This document shows, in pieces, positions 39,201-48,903 of a DNA stretch of 64,000 bases. Position 1 is the stretch's first letter; each line of letters begins with the position of its first letter. Source of the DNA: a bacterium (lineage in GTDB: Bacteria > Zhuqueibacterota > Zhuqueibacteria > Residuimicrobiales > Krinioviventaceae); the NCBI GenBank assembly GCA_963693055.1, contig OY843751.1, forward strand, positions 4,416,001 through 4,480,000, written 5' to 3'. The position numbers were made by a program, and so were the translations under genes. The notes beneath the pieces are model-generated. The model worked only from the letters and a program-made list of their open reading frames with translations, was not told the DNA's origin and did not search any database.

Positions 39201-39554
39201 CGAACTGAAAATCGTCATTTCCAGGCCCAGGCGCTCCGCTTCTTCGGCGGTATGTTTTACCGCGTCATACCAATCCAGACTTGCAAAATCAATCTTTTTG
39301 TCAATTTGCTGGCCATTGCCATAATTCACATCCGCAAGATGAAATCCGCCAATGCCAATACGTTTCATCCATTCCAGATCTTTGGTAATACCCGTTTTGG
39401 TTATGTTGCCCTGCGTCCAATGCCACCAAGTGCGGGGTTTGGCTTCATCCGGCGGATTGTTAAAATTCTGTTTCAATTCAGAATAATCCTGTGCCATGCC
39501 TGATATAGATATGGATATTAAAGAAATTAAAATGAGGTTCTTGAGATACTTCAC
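36255..39554 (-). CDS. Alpha-L-rhamnosidase, GH106
   Basis: KPRTWWHW..GNI, GWSLTGGPWV, DSWEAG, DIPMGEFW, AAEAFT, GINRLVFH; GTG start after gagaggga. Confidence 0.88.
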   Translation of the reverse strand: MKYLKNLILISLISISISGMAQDYSELKQNFNNPPDEAKPRTWWHWTQGNITKTGITKDLEWMKRIGIGGFHLADVNYGNGQQIDKKIDFASLDWYDAVKHTAEEAERLGLEMTIFSSAGWSLTGGPWVKPEQAMKKLVWSETRINGPQKFAGKLEQPPSNTGLIQNLGRGSAENPDPIFYGDAAVLAFRTPDGGAEMATLHPKTSTNAGVIDASALMDGDLNSGISIPAVQNGPTWLQFEFDEPFTVRAFTIRGNRGVPIGRLEASDDGIDFKTLVELPGTQLYRQGWLRTFAVPECTARFYRIEMTGSPLNPDATMNQPDPTVPEKYELSEIVLHSQARVHRWEEKAGFRLLFEYDSVPTPDIPEELVIPADGVIDLTSKMNADGSLDWQVPDGNWTLLRFGYSLTGAKNRPATAAGLGYEVDKLSREHTLSYLEHYFGPIKDKLGPLFGKTLQYTMMDSWEAGSQNWTDNMAAEFEKRRGYDPTPFMPVLAGRVVGSAEKSDRFLWDFRRTLADMVAENHYGVVSEYLHKLGVGTYGEASGVSLEILEDALLCKKFMDIPMGEFWVRDLHPSPMYFQDVRGAASAAHIYGKPVVAAEAFTGGGYESPFTLKRVSDYWMAQGINRLVFHTSAHQPLDTYPGNTMVGAHIHRNITWAELAGPMMTYMARNSYMLQQGKPVADLLYLLNEGAPSSMPIWGAGLLPAPPKGYDYDYINADALINRLSVDEEGKLVLPDDTSYRLLVLPQTDKMTLPVIKKIEQLVKDGAAILGPKPTTTPGLSGYPQSEAELTALANAVWGDLDGSSRNKHRYEKGRVIWGLPVETVMEQLKIAPDVEYSKPLDMELAWIHRKSDNADIYYLFNKSDKSQDIHVRFRVDGKQPELWHADTGESEPVSYDMGEGLTIVPLYFPPYGSMFVVFAKKADQQSKILLEKKLTNHLTLQGPWKITFPPKMGAPESIIVDSLLSWTENNVDGIRYFSGTAVYYKSFQLSKDLMEAGRLFLDLGEVRDVACVTINEKKTDILWKPPFRVDITGFVVSGENDISIEVTNEWTNRILGDHKSDVDVNVLPGSDQIRFFRSPPLEESGLLGPVTIDCIEN

Positions 39555-39789
39555 AGCAGTCCCTCTCAAATATTGTGATATATAGTGTTAAATAAAAGAA
39601 ATGATATTTGAAAATAAAAAACACGAATCACAAGTACAATTCATTTTTTCAAAAAAAAACCTTAAAATCAACAAACATTACAAATAATAAATGAAATATC
39701 ACCATTCTTTAAACATGTTTTACATATAAATTTAAATTGCTTAAATACTATTTATATCTTATATTCATCGTTTTTTATGGACAGTATGA

Positions 39790-40881
39790 ATGATTGAACA
39801 AGCGGACATTAAAGCCCTGGATGAGCTATCCCGCATAGAAAACCGCTCATTCGAGTCTGACCAGCTTTCACGACGTAACCTTCGCTATTTATTATCAAAA
39901 GCCAATGCCACAACACTGGTCGACAGGGAGAATACTGTCATACGCGGATATGCCATGGTATTATACAATACCGGCACATCATTGGCCCGACTATACTCTC
40001 TGGTGGTAGATACTCCCTTTCGCGGATTAGGGGTGGGTTCTGCCCTGCTCAAGGCCGCAGAGCAGGATACGTTTGAAAACGAGTGCGTAACTTTGCGTCT
40101 CGAAGTCCGAAAGGACAATAAAACGGCCATTAGTCTTTATGAAAAACATGGTTATAAACTGTTCGATGAGGTGCCGAACTATTATCAGGACCATACGTCA
40201 GCCCTGCGTTATGAAAAAAATCTTGCACCCCACATAGAACCGGATATCGTCCATGTTCCCTACTATCAGCAAACCTGCGATTTTACATGCGGTCCATCAT
40301 CGTTAATGATGGCCATGAACACCCTGGATCCTGATCTGGGCTTTGATCGCAAAACCGAACTGCTCATCTGGAAAGAATCTACTACTATATTTATGACCTC
40401 CGGACACGGGGGCTGCAGTCCATACGGACTTGCATTGTCTGCCCATGATCGCGGATTTGATGTGGAACTTTATGTCAATCAGCTTGAAGCACTGTTTCTC
40501 GATTCTGTTCGCAGTCCTGAAAAAAAAGAGGTAATGCGCATTGTTCAGGAAGACCAAATTAACGAGATCCATAAACTCAAAATCCACATGGAGCATAACA
40601 TTCTCAGCGTTGACCAGATACAAAATATTTTCCAAAAAGGTCATGTACCTATCGTATTGATCAGTTCTTATCGTATTTACCACGAAAAATCACCACACTG
40701 GGTCGTGGTAACCGGCTTTGACGAACGTTTTATCTATGTACATGATTCCTTTGTAGATTCTCACAATGCCAAATCCGCATCAGATTGCATCAATATGCCA
40801 ATTCTGAAAAAAGATTTTGAACGCATGTCAAAATATGGAAAATCCGGTCAAAAAGCGGTGCTCATTATAAAAAAACGTTAA
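39790..40881 (+). CDS. GNAT acetyltransferase fused to C39-like peptidase (DUF3335-like)
   Basis: RGLGVGSALL and LEVRKDN..AI.LY GNAT motifs; YYQQT..FTCGP, TTIFMTSGHGGC, PHWVVVTG, YVHD. Confidence 0.85.
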   Translation: MIEQADIKALDELSRIENRSFESDQLSRRNLRYLLSKANATTLVDRENTVIRGYAMVLYNTGTSLARLYSLVVDTPFRGLGVGSALLKAAEQDTFENECVTLRLEVRKDNKTAISLYEKHGYKLFDEVPNYYQDHTSALRYEKNLAPHIEPDIVHVPYYQQTCDFTCGPSSLMMAMNTLDPDLGFDRKTELLIWKESTTIFMTSGHGGCSPYGLALSAHDRGFDVELYVNQLEALFLDSVRSPEKKEVMRIVQEDQINEIHKLKIHMEHNILSVDQIQNIFQKGHVPIVLISSYRIYHEKSPHWVVVTGFDERFIYVHDSFVDSHNAKSASDCINMPILKKDFERMSKYGKSGQKAVLIIKKR

Positions 40882-40917
40882 TCTATACAAAATAACCAAG
40901 AGAGGTAATAAACAGGT

Positions 40918-42423
40918 ATGTCTTCTCAACTCGTAATTGTTGAACAGCGAAGCGATTGGAAACCTCAATATCCCGATATTGAGGTTGCAACAGCAGGCGA
41001 ATATATTAGCGATCCCAAATACGCAAAGCTTAAAAACCTGCGCATATTCAACCTTTGCCGAAATTATCGCTACCTCAGCCTGGGATATTACTGTTCTCTG
41101 CTGGCAGAGGCCCGTCAGCATAAAATATTACCAACCGTTAAAACCATTACGGACCTGAGCAGCAAATCCATATACAGTTTAAACATTGAAGATCTGCACA
41201 ACATTATTCAAAAAAGTCTTAAAAGCAAAAGCTCTCTCGATCAAAACGCCTTTACGTTGTTTATTTATTTTGGTCAGTGCGCTGACCCTGATTTTTCTGA
41301 ACTTGCCCGGCAGTTGTTCGATATTTATCCCAGTCCGGCATTACGTGTGGAATTCAAGCTACAGGCTGACTGGCAAATCTCTGCAATCCGCTCCGGGCAT
41401 TTTACAAACTGGCCGGAAGAGCAGGTAACACAATTCATTCAAGCCTTTAACGCCTATTCAACCAAGCGCTGGCTCAGACCCAAAGAAACAAAACATCAGC
41501 GTTATGACCTGGCAATACTGGTCAATCCGGAAGACCCACTACCTCCTTCCAACAAACGCGCTCTGAAAAAATTCGAAAAAATAGGTAAAGAGCTGGGCCT
41601 GGCAGTGGACTTTATAACCAAAAAAGATTTTTCTCGTCTGGCAGAATATGATGCCCTGTTTATCCGTGAAACCACCCAGATAGACCACCATACATTTCGT
41701 TTTGCCAGACGCGCGGAAAGCGAAGGTCTTGTAGTTATTGATGATCCCACATCCATTGTCAAATGCACAAATAAAATTTTTCTATTCGAGCAGTTGACAG
41801 CACAAAAGATCCCCATACCCATCACCCGATTGCTAAAAAAAGATGATCCCAAAGATATTACTGCATTAGAAAAAGCGATTCCGTATCCCATTGTTCTGAA
41901 AATGCCGCAAAGTTCTTTTTCACGAGGGGTGCACAAGGTTAAAGATCATGATGAATTGATACAAATGACCACTCAATTGTTTTCCGAATCAGACATTCTT
42001 CTGGCACAGGAATACATGTATACCGAATATGACTGGCGAATCGGTGTTCTCAATGGCGAACCTTTATACGCATGTCAGTATTTCATGTCCCGTCACCACT
42101 GGCAGATCGTAAAACACACCAAATCCGGTAAATTCAGTACAGGGCAATATAAAACCTGGCCCATTGACCAGGTAGACCCCAAAATCATTAAAACTGCGTT
42201 ACAATCCACACAACACATAGGTAACGGCTTGTATGGCGTGGATTTAAAATTTATAAACAACAAGGTCAAAGTCATTGAAGTGAATGACAATCCCAATATA
42301 GATGCCGGAGTAGAAGATGCATTTTTAAAAAACGAGTTGTATTATAAAATACTGGGAGAATTTACAAGACGCCTGGATAATAAAAAGTCCGGTAATGGCA
42401 ACGGCTGGAAACAGGAAAACTGA
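40918..42423 (+). CDS. RimK-family ATP-grasp ligase with RLAN N-terminal domain
   Basis: NLCR.YRYLSLGYYCSLLAEAR, YDALFIRETT, SSFSRGV, DWRIGVL, YGVDLK, EVNDNP. Confidence 0.88.
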   Translation: MSSQLVIVEQRSDWKPQYPDIEVATAGEYISDPKYAKLKNLRIFNLCRNYRYLSLGYYCSLLAEARQHKILPTVKTITDLSSKSIYSLNIEDLHNIIQKSLKSKSSLDQNAFTLFIYFGQCADPDFSELARQLFDIYPSPALRVEFKLQADWQISAIRSGHFTNWPEEQVTQFIQAFNAYSTKRWLRPKETKHQRYDLAILVNPEDPLPPSNKRALKKFEKIGKELGLAVDFITKKDFSRLAEYDALFIRETTQIDHHTFRFARRAESEGLVVIDDPTSIVKCTNKIFLFEQLTAQKIPIPITRLLKKDDPKDITALEKAIPYPIVLKMPQSSFSRGVHKVKDHDELIQMTTQLFSESDILLAQEYMYTEYDWRIGVLNGEPLYACQYFMSRHHWQIVKHTKSGKFSTGQYKTWPIDQVDPKIIKTALQSTQHIGNGLYGVDLKFINNKVKVIEVNDNPNIDAGVEDAFLKNELYYKILGEFTRRLDNKKSGNGNGWKQEN

Positions 42424-42449
42424 ATTCCGGAAAAACTTTAGGAAAAACA

Positions 42450-42478
42450 TTGAATAAAAAATAAATTGTTATTATAAT
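42450..42478 (+). promoter_or_regulatory. Sigma-70 promoter ahead of the CDF/ABC operon
   Basis: TTGAAT-17-TATAAT. Confidence 0.55.
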
Positions 42479-42690
42479 AACCAGGCATTAACGATCTGAA
42501 ATACTGGTTCAATTTATACGAGTTATGATGGATTAATGTGTTACAAATACAATGAAATACCGTATATAACCGGGAACGCTAATAATAGACAGTAATCCGT
42601 CAACGTTTGGCTGAATCTCATGAAATAATATTCCCAGGTATTGTGTTGATTTAACAACCCGGAAATGAAAAATAGTAAAACAGGTACCGC

Positions 42691-43563
42691 ATGTCACAGG
42701 AATCACATAAACTCACATTACTCTCTGGTTGGATATCGATAATTGGCAATATTCTTTTATTCATAGTCAAACTGTGGGCAGGTTTGGTAACCGGCTCTGT
42801 AGCCCTTATTGCTGATGCATGGCACACGCTTTCAGATTCCGCATCTTCGCTTGTTGTGATAATCAGCGCCAATTTCTCAATCAAACCCGCAGACAAAGAA
42901 CACCCCTTTGGTCATGGTAGAATTGAATTAATCTCGTCCATTATTATTGGAGTTATGCTGGCATTTGTTGCCTTTGATTTTTTCATTCAAGCCATAGACA
43001 AATTAAGGCACCGCGAAACGGTTGTATTTGGCACCTTTGCCATTGTAGCTACGGTTTTATCTATTATTGTCAAAGAAGGCATGGCGCAATATGCTATTTG
43101 GGCTTCTAAAAAAGTGGATTCCCCCATGCTTCGCGCTGATGCCTGGCACCACCGTTCAGATGCCCTTTCTTCAGTTATTATCCTTATAGGTATTTTTCTG
43201 GCCCCCCTCTGGTGGTGGATTGATGGCGTTCTGGGTATTGTTGTATCTCTTTTCATTATTCATACCACCGTTACTTTATTTAAAGAGAATATCAATCCCC
43301 TGTTGGGTGAAGAACCTGACAAAGCCATGATAAATTCAATCCACAAGATTTGTGATGAACAGTTTGAACAGCATGTAAACGCGCACCACTTTCATCTGCA
43401 TCGTTACGGCAGGCACAAAGAATTGACATTTCACATCAGATTGCCGGGAAATATGGATCTGCAAAACGCTCATAAAATTGCCTCAACCATTGAACGTTCC
43501 GTAGAGAAAAATCTAAATGTCATTGCAACCATTCACATGGAACCTATGGAATCCAAAAAATGA
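42691..43563 (+). CDS. Cation diffusion facilitator transporter
   Basis: SVALIADAWHTLSD, PAD.EHPFGHGRIE, ADAWHHRSDA, TIHMEP. Confidence 0.92.
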   Translation: MSQESHKLTLLSGWISIIGNILLFIVKLWAGLVTGSVALIADAWHTLSDSASSLVVIISANFSIKPADKEHPFGHGRIELISSIIIGVMLAFVAFDFFIQAIDKLRHRETVVFGTFAIVATVLSIIVKEGMAQYAIWASKKVDSPMLRADAWHHRSDALSSVIILIGIFLAPLWWWIDGVLGIVVSLFIIHTTVTLFKENINPLLGEEPDKAMINSIHKICDEQFEQHVNAHHFHLHRYGRHKELTFHIRLPGNMDLQNAHKIASTIERSVEKNLNVIATIHMEPMESKK

Positions 43564-44414
43564 TTACTGTACAAAATCTGAATTTCACCTATCCGGGAAA
43601 TAAAACACAAACCTTACATGATCTAAATTTTGCAATACCACCGGGTGAAATATTCGGATTTCTGGGGCCAAGCGGAGCTGGCAAAAGCACAACACAAAAA
43701 CTGCTCATCGGACTTCTCAAGGGATATTCCGGCGCCATTGAGGTCAATGGCGCTGATATGAAACATATAAAACCCAACTTTTACGAATCCATTGGTGTCA
43801 TGTTTGAATTTCCAAATCTCTACACCAAATTCAGCGCGATTGAGAATCTGTTATTTTTCAAAAAATTGTACAAATCCACAACAACAAATCCTTATGAACT
43901 GTTGGCCAAAACCGGACTGGAAAGAGATGCCAACACACGAGTTGCAGAATTCTCTAAAGGAATGAAAGTACGTTTAAATTTTTGCCGCGCTTTGCTCAAC
44001 ACACCCAAACTGTTATTTCTGGACGAACCTACATCCGGACTCGATCCAACCAATACCCGCAACATGATCAATCTCATCCGCGAGCTTGCCGACAATGGCA
44101 CTACAGTAATTCTCTCTACCCATAACATGCATGTAGCCGATGTCTTGTGCAATCGGGTAGCATTTATTGTTGATGGCAAATTACCGCTGATCAACTCTCC
44201 CCGCGAACTGAAACTGGAACACGGTAAACGACTATTGACGGTTGAATTTCGCCAGAACAACCATTTGTTAAAACAAAACTTTCAGCTTGATGGTTTGGCA
44301 AAAAATACAGAATTCCATACACTGCTTCAAGATAAACATGTGGAAACCATGCACACCCAGGAAGCCACACTTGAAGACATTTTCATCAAAACCACCGGCA
44401 GGGCACTGCAATGA
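43560..44414 (+). CDS. ABC exporter ATP-binding subunit
   Basis: GPSGAGKST, FSKGM, LFLDEPTSGLDP, STH. Confidence 0.92.
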   Translation: MITVQNLNFTYPGNKTQTLHDLNFAIPPGEIFGFLGPSGAGKSTTQKLLIGLLKGYSGAIEVNGADMKHIKPNFYESIGVMFEFPNLYTKFSAIENLLFFKKLYKSTTTNPYELLAKTGLERDANTRVAEFSKGMKVRLNFCRALLNTPKLLFLDEPTSGLDPTNTRNMINLIRELADNGTTVILSTHNMHVADVLCNRVAFIVDGKLPLINSPRELKLEHGKRLLTVEFRQNNHLLKQNFQLDGLAKNTEFHTLLQDKHVETMHTQEATLEDIFIKTTGRALQ

Positions 44415-45112
44415 GATTTTTAGCCTCATTCAAACATGATGTGGTCTTTCAGTTCAGACATGGATTTTATTACGCGTATCTGGTTCTGACAATCATCTAT
44501 ATTCTCGCATTAATGCCGCTTAAAGGTATGGTTCAGAACACGGTTACAACACTTGTCCTCATTACCGATGTTGGTATGATTGGGTTCTTTTTCGTAGGCG
44601 CTATCGTCATTCTGGAAAAAGGACAAAACCTGCTGGAATCTGTTTTTGTAACTCCATTGAGACTGAATGAATATCTGCTTTCCAAAGTAGCTTCACTTGC
44701 ACTATTGGCATTACTTTCCGCGCTTGTTATTGCTAAAAGTGTGTATGGTTTCTCGGTTTTTCTCTTGTTGTTTATACCGGGTATGGCATTGGGGACCGCC
44801 TTTTATACATTGTTCGGAATCTGGGTAGCTATTCGATCTAAAAACGTGAACGATTATTTTGCCAAAGCGCTGGGTTTTGGCCTGCTTCTTTCACTTCCAC
44901 TGGTAGATTATCTTAACATTCTAAAAAGCACCCTGTTCCACCTGTTTCCCGCTAACGCAATGCTGGTATTCTTGAGTTCCCTGTACTCACCCCGCACTCT
45001 GTCTGATATTTTAATTGCATTTCTAACATTAATCATATGGACAGCTGGTGCAGCATTTCTGGTCCAACGGGATTTTAAAAAATACATTATCCTCCAAATG
45101 GGGGTAAAATGA
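44411..45112 (+). CDS. ABC-2-type permease (fluoroquinolone-exporter-like)
   Basis: FQFRHGFYY, LEK......VTPL...YL.SK; six TM helices. Confidence 0.8.
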   Translation: MRFLASFKHDVVFQFRHGFYYAYLVLTIIYILALMPLKGMVQNTVTTLVLITDVGMIGFFFVGAIVILEKGQNLLESVFVTPLRLNEYLLSKVASLALLALLSALVIAKSVYGFSVFLLLFIPGMALGTAFYTLFGIWVAIRSKNVNDYFAKALGFGLLLSLPLVDYLNILKSTLFHLFPANAMLVFLSSLYSPRTLSDILIAFLTLIIWTAGAAFLVQRDFKKYIILQMGVK

Positions 45113-45837
45113 TCAAACAAACACTTGCATTTTCATTGTCTGATACGAAAAACATTCTCAGGGACTCTACCCTGTTGTTAATGGCATTCGGCACATTGGG
45201 TATTTTGTTAATCCTGCGCTTCGGCGTACCTACGCTTGGCGCGTTTCTCTTTCAGCAATATAATTTCAAGCTTGATGTTTATTACCCGTACATTGTCTGT
45301 TTCATGGGATTCGTTCCGCCTCTTTTATTTGGAATGATCAGTGGATTTATTATTCTTGAAGAACGAGATCAGGAGATAATTACATTCATAAGCATTACTC
45401 CGCTGGGTAAAACCGGCTATATTGCTTACAAGATGATTTTTTCCATGCTGACCGGATTTATATTTTATTTTCTAATCATCTATTCCACAGGATTATTGAC
45501 CCTGCCGTTAATGCAAACCACCGCACTCGCCGCAGGCGCCATGTTTATTGCACCCGTCACCGCTTTAATTCTGGCAGCATTTGCAGAGAACAAAGTCCAG
45601 GGACTGGCTCTGGCAAAAATAACCGGCATTCAGTTACTGGCCCCACTTGCAGTTTTTTTTGTGCCCGGTCACTGGAAATATATTGCAGCACTGCTTCCCA
45701 CCTTTTGGCTGACAAAAGCCTTTTTAGCGGTAATTTCACATCAGCATTCTTTTGTTATTTTTATTCTTATAGGATATTTGCTTTATTTGATATTCTTGAT
45801 TATATTTATGAAATGTTTTACTTCCAGACAGCGTTAA
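45109..45837 (+). CDS. ABC-2-type permease, second subunit
   Basis: D.KNILRD, ILEERD......ITPL, AENKVQGLALAK, LPTFW. Confidence 0.8.
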   Translation: MIKQTLAFSLSDTKNILRDSTLLLMAFGTLGILLILRFGVPTLGAFLFQQYNFKLDVYYPYIVCFMGFVPPLLFGMISGFIILEERDQEIITFISITPLGKTGYIAYKMIFSMLTGFIFYFLIIYSTGLLTLPLMQTTALAAGAMFIAPVTALILAAFAENKVQGLALAKITGIQLLAPLAVFFVPGHWKYIAALLPTFWLTKAFLAVISHQHSFVIFILIGYLLYLIFLIIFMKCFTSRQR

Positions 45838-45965
45838 GTTAAAAACCACTGTCGATATCCCGTCAAAGCTATAACTAACAATCTAAAAAATTGCAGGAAA
45901 TGTATGACGCTGCATGATATCATACAATTTTTTCAAGAAATCGGAATTTAACAAGGGGAATTTAA

Positions 45966-46649
45966 ATGCCAAACCAGCACATGCAGTCCAAAAACAAAAA
46001 GTACAGTATGCAGTTTTTTGCTTTCTTTATTATTACTATAACATTGGCATCAGGTACAATTTATTTTATACAACATTACACTCAAGACAAGCAGGCAAAT
46101 TCTACAATGCTGCAATCCATGACAGTACTTGAAGGACGATTCAAAACCACAGGTACCTATACGGACCTGCTCTCTTGGTTTTTAATTTTCAATCAGATAC
46201 AGGAGCATTATCACAACTATCAGGACCGCTATCTGGATATTTCAGAGATTAATGATGAAAAAATTATTGCTATTGATCCTTCCAAAGTCGTTAATAATGT
46301 TAGACAGACCTTTTGGGACAATAGTGTATATATGGACAGCTTTGTTCCACCCGATACCCTGAAAAGCCATCTCTACACGGTTTACGGGAAATATTACGCA
46401 GAATTTTTATCACGTCTTGATCCGGAATATTATACAACAGAATTCAAAATAGATAAAGACAAAAGCAACTATGAAATTGCTGTTTTCGAAAGTAAAGATA
46501 TCACTCTTGACCAGGACGCTCAGGACTATTGGGTATTCAGTAGCAAAGACAGCCTCTTTATGTTTCATGACCGCGGCAATAAAATGTCGACCGATGAGCG
46601 AATTAATGCCTATACGGATATCATGTTTGAAAACCTGGATAAAAAATAG
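45966..46649 (+). CDS. Hypothetical membrane-anchored protein
   Basis: One N-terminal TM helix, soluble domain; aagggg RBS. Confidence 0.55.
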   Translation: MPNQHMQSKNKKYSMQFFAFFIITITLASGTIYFIQHYTQDKQANSTMLQSMTVLEGRFKTTGTYTDLLSWFLIFNQIQEHYHNYQDRYLDISEINDEKIIAIDPSKVVNNVRQTFWDNSVYMDSFVPPDTLKSHLYTVYGKYYAEFLSRLDPEYYTTEFKIDKDKSNYEIAVFESKDITLDQDAQDYWVFSSKDSLFMFHDRGNKMSTDERINAYTDIMFENLDKK

Positions 46650-46747
46650 TTTTGAACCCTGGTGCCGCATACGAGTATAACAATCAATATGTAAACGGAA
46701 CAAACTCTGAAAACAACACAAAACAATCATAGAGTGGAGTAAATAAT

Positions 46748-47440
46748 ATGGATGAAAAATCCCGGGAATCTCTCCGGCACATCCGTGTACTCATCAACGA
46801 CCTGGAACAGCTAATCCCTCAATCCATTGACAGTGGATCCGTAACGCCTGCTGAACGTATCCCAATTAAAACCGAGTTATTAATGGGTGTTTACTCGTGC
46901 CGTATTTATGAATTATCTCTATCGGCCTATAACCTGTTTCAAGACAGCAGGCACCTGCCTGCAATCATTATGATACGGGCAATTATGGAAACCACGGGCA
47001 TGCTGAACTGGCTGCGTAAAAAAATCCATTATATTGTTAACCATGATGAACTGGGCAGTATGGATAATTTCCTCATGCGCATGATATTTGGAAGCAGGTT
47101 GAATCCCGGTCTCAAAAAATCATACAACATTCTTGACGGTATAGACAAGATAAACAAAGAGACTCCGGGTTTCCGCAAAGCCTATGATATTCTTTGTGAA
47201 TATACACATCCCAACAGCGCCGGTACCTATTTCTCATATGTCACCCGGGACGATGAAAACGGCAAATTCCATCTGCGCTTCAACTCGCACCACAATCCGG
47301 TTGATATCGGCTTGGGGACCTTGAATAGCTGCCTTGAAATAGCAATTTTCTCTCTTAAACATATAAATGATAATTTTAAAACATTCATAGAAATCTGTGA
47401 AAATACTATTGAAGCGCAATCAGACACTGAGGACAAATAA
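46748..47440 (+). CDS. Hypothetical helical protein, DUF5677/HEPN-like
   Basis: A.IMIRAIME and YDILCEYTHPN motifs. Confidence 0.5.
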   Translation: MDEKSRESLRHIRVLINDLEQLIPQSIDSGSVTPAERIPIKTELLMGVYSCRIYELSLSAYNLFQDSRHLPAIIMIRAIMETTGMLNWLRKKIHYIVNHDELGSMDNFLMRMIFGSRLNPGLKKSYNILDGIDKINKETPGFRKAYDILCEYTHPNSAGTYFSYVTRDDENGKFHLRFNSHHNPVDIGLGTLNSCLEIAIFSLKHINDNFKTFIEICENTIEAQSDTEDK

Positions 47441-48168
47441 TGAGATTACACTATTTTCAACATGTACCTTTTGAAGACCTGGGCAATATTAAAGACTGGG
47501 CATTGAATAAGAATATGGAAATTACAAGCACCCGATTTTATAAAGGCGAAACACCTCCCGAACCGGACGAGTATGACTGGCTGGTCGTGATGGGCGGCCC
47601 CATGGGTATATATGATTACGAACTCTATCCCTGGCTCAAAAAAGAAAAAAGGGCCATACGTAAAGCACTCAAAGACAATAAAACCATACTGGGTATATGT
47701 CTTGGCGCCCAGCTCATTTCAGATGTCTTGGGCGGCCAAGTAACCCAAAACCCGGAAAAAGAGATTGGATGGTTTCCCATTATCAAGTATGAACAGGCGA
47801 ACCAATCACCCATCGCTGCATTTTTGCCTCAAGAGACAATTGCCTTTCACTGGCATGGAGACACATTCCCCATTCCCGAAGGAGCTGTTCCTCTGGCTTT
47901 TAGTGAGGCATGCCAGAACCAGGGATTCATATACAAAGACCGTATTGTTGGGCTTCAATTTCATCTTGAATCTACACCTAAAAGTGTACAGCTATTAATC
48001 GACAATTGCAGTGACGAACTGGTAAATGCTCCATATATCCAATCTGTAAAAACATTACAAACCGATGCATATTTCCCCCATATCAATGCAATCATGGAAT
48101 CACTGTTGGAAAAATTGTATGCAAACATAACCGTTGATGCTCAAGAATCCCCCAATACTTTTGAATAA
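47440..48168 (+). CDS. Class I glutamine amidotransferase-like protein
   Basis: QHVPFE, MGGPMG, GICLGAQL, FHWHGDTF, QFHLE. Confidence 0.9.
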   Translation: MRLHYFQHVPFEDLGNIKDWALNKNMEITSTRFYKGETPPEPDEYDWLVVMGGPMGIYDYELYPWLKKEKRAIRKALKDNKTILGICLGAQLISDVLGGQVTQNPEKEIGWFPIIKYEQANQSPIAAFLPQETIAFHWHGDTFPIPEGAVPLAFSEACQNQGFIYKDRIVGLQFHLESTPKSVQLLIDNCSDELVNAPYIQSVKTLQTDAYFPHINAIMESLLEKLYANITVDAQESPNTFE

Positions 48169-48227
48169 TTGTCACTCGTAATTTGTTCACTAACAAAAGT
48201 AAATGACAAATTATCGTGAGGAATGAC

Positions 48228-48869
48228 ATGGTTGTTAAACAATTTCGAACCGGAGGAGACCGGAACTTTGGGTATTTAATTGCCGATGAAGAATCGAAAC
48301 AGGCGGTTATTGTTGATCCTTCATACTCACCGGATATGCTGGTAGATTATGCTGAAGAAAATAATTTAACAATCCGTTATATATTCATCACTCACGACCA
48401 CTATGATCACACAAACGGTAACCAGGCAATATATAAACGAACAGGTATCAAACCTCTTTTATATGGGACACGGGAAGAACAAACCGGCAAAACAATCTCT
48501 GACAATACTGAACTGTCACTGGGAAGTCTGTCCGTAAAAATAATTCATACACCCGGGCACACACATGATTGTATGTGTGTATTGATTAAAGATGCTCTGT
48601 TTACCGGAGATACCTTGTTTGTGGGCAAAATTGGGGGTACTGATTTCGGCGAGGCTGCCAAAGTGGAATATGAATCATTACATAAAAAACTCCTGGTCCT
48701 GCCAGATCACATCCGCGTCTTTCCTGGACATGATTACGGTACAGAGCCGGAATCCACAATAGGGCACGAGAGGAAAACCAACCCCTTTCTCATACAACCG
48801 GATTTTAACTCGTTTGTTGAGCTAAAGCGCAATTGGGGCGCGTACAAGGCAAAACATGGCATTAAATAA
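48228..48869 (+). CDS. MBL-fold hydrolase (glyoxalase II-like)
   Basis: THDHYDH, HTPGHT, LFTGDTLF, PGHDY, E...NP. Confidence 0.9.
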   Translation: MVVKQFRTGGDRNFGYLIADEESKQAVIVDPSYSPDMLVDYAEENNLTIRYIFITHDHYDHTNGNQAIYKRTGIKPLLYGTREEQTGKTISDNTELSLGSLSVKIIHTPGHTHDCMCVLIKDALFTGDTLFVGKIGGTDFGEAAKVEYESLHKKLLVLPDHIRVFPGHDYGTEPESTIGHERKTNPFLIQPDFNSFVELKRNWGAYKAKHGIK

Positions 48870-48903
48870 AAAAAGCCGTGGTATTCAACCACGGCTTTAT
48901 TGT
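48869..48903. terminator. Bidirectional terminator
   Basis: aaagccgtggt-attca-accacggcttt between convergent genes. Confidence 0.75.

Noticed and set aside
36375-39503. Many short antisense ORFs inside the GH106 gene (likewise within GH78 and PhoD)
   Set aside because: Shadow frames of long well-supported genes; no motifs or RBS.
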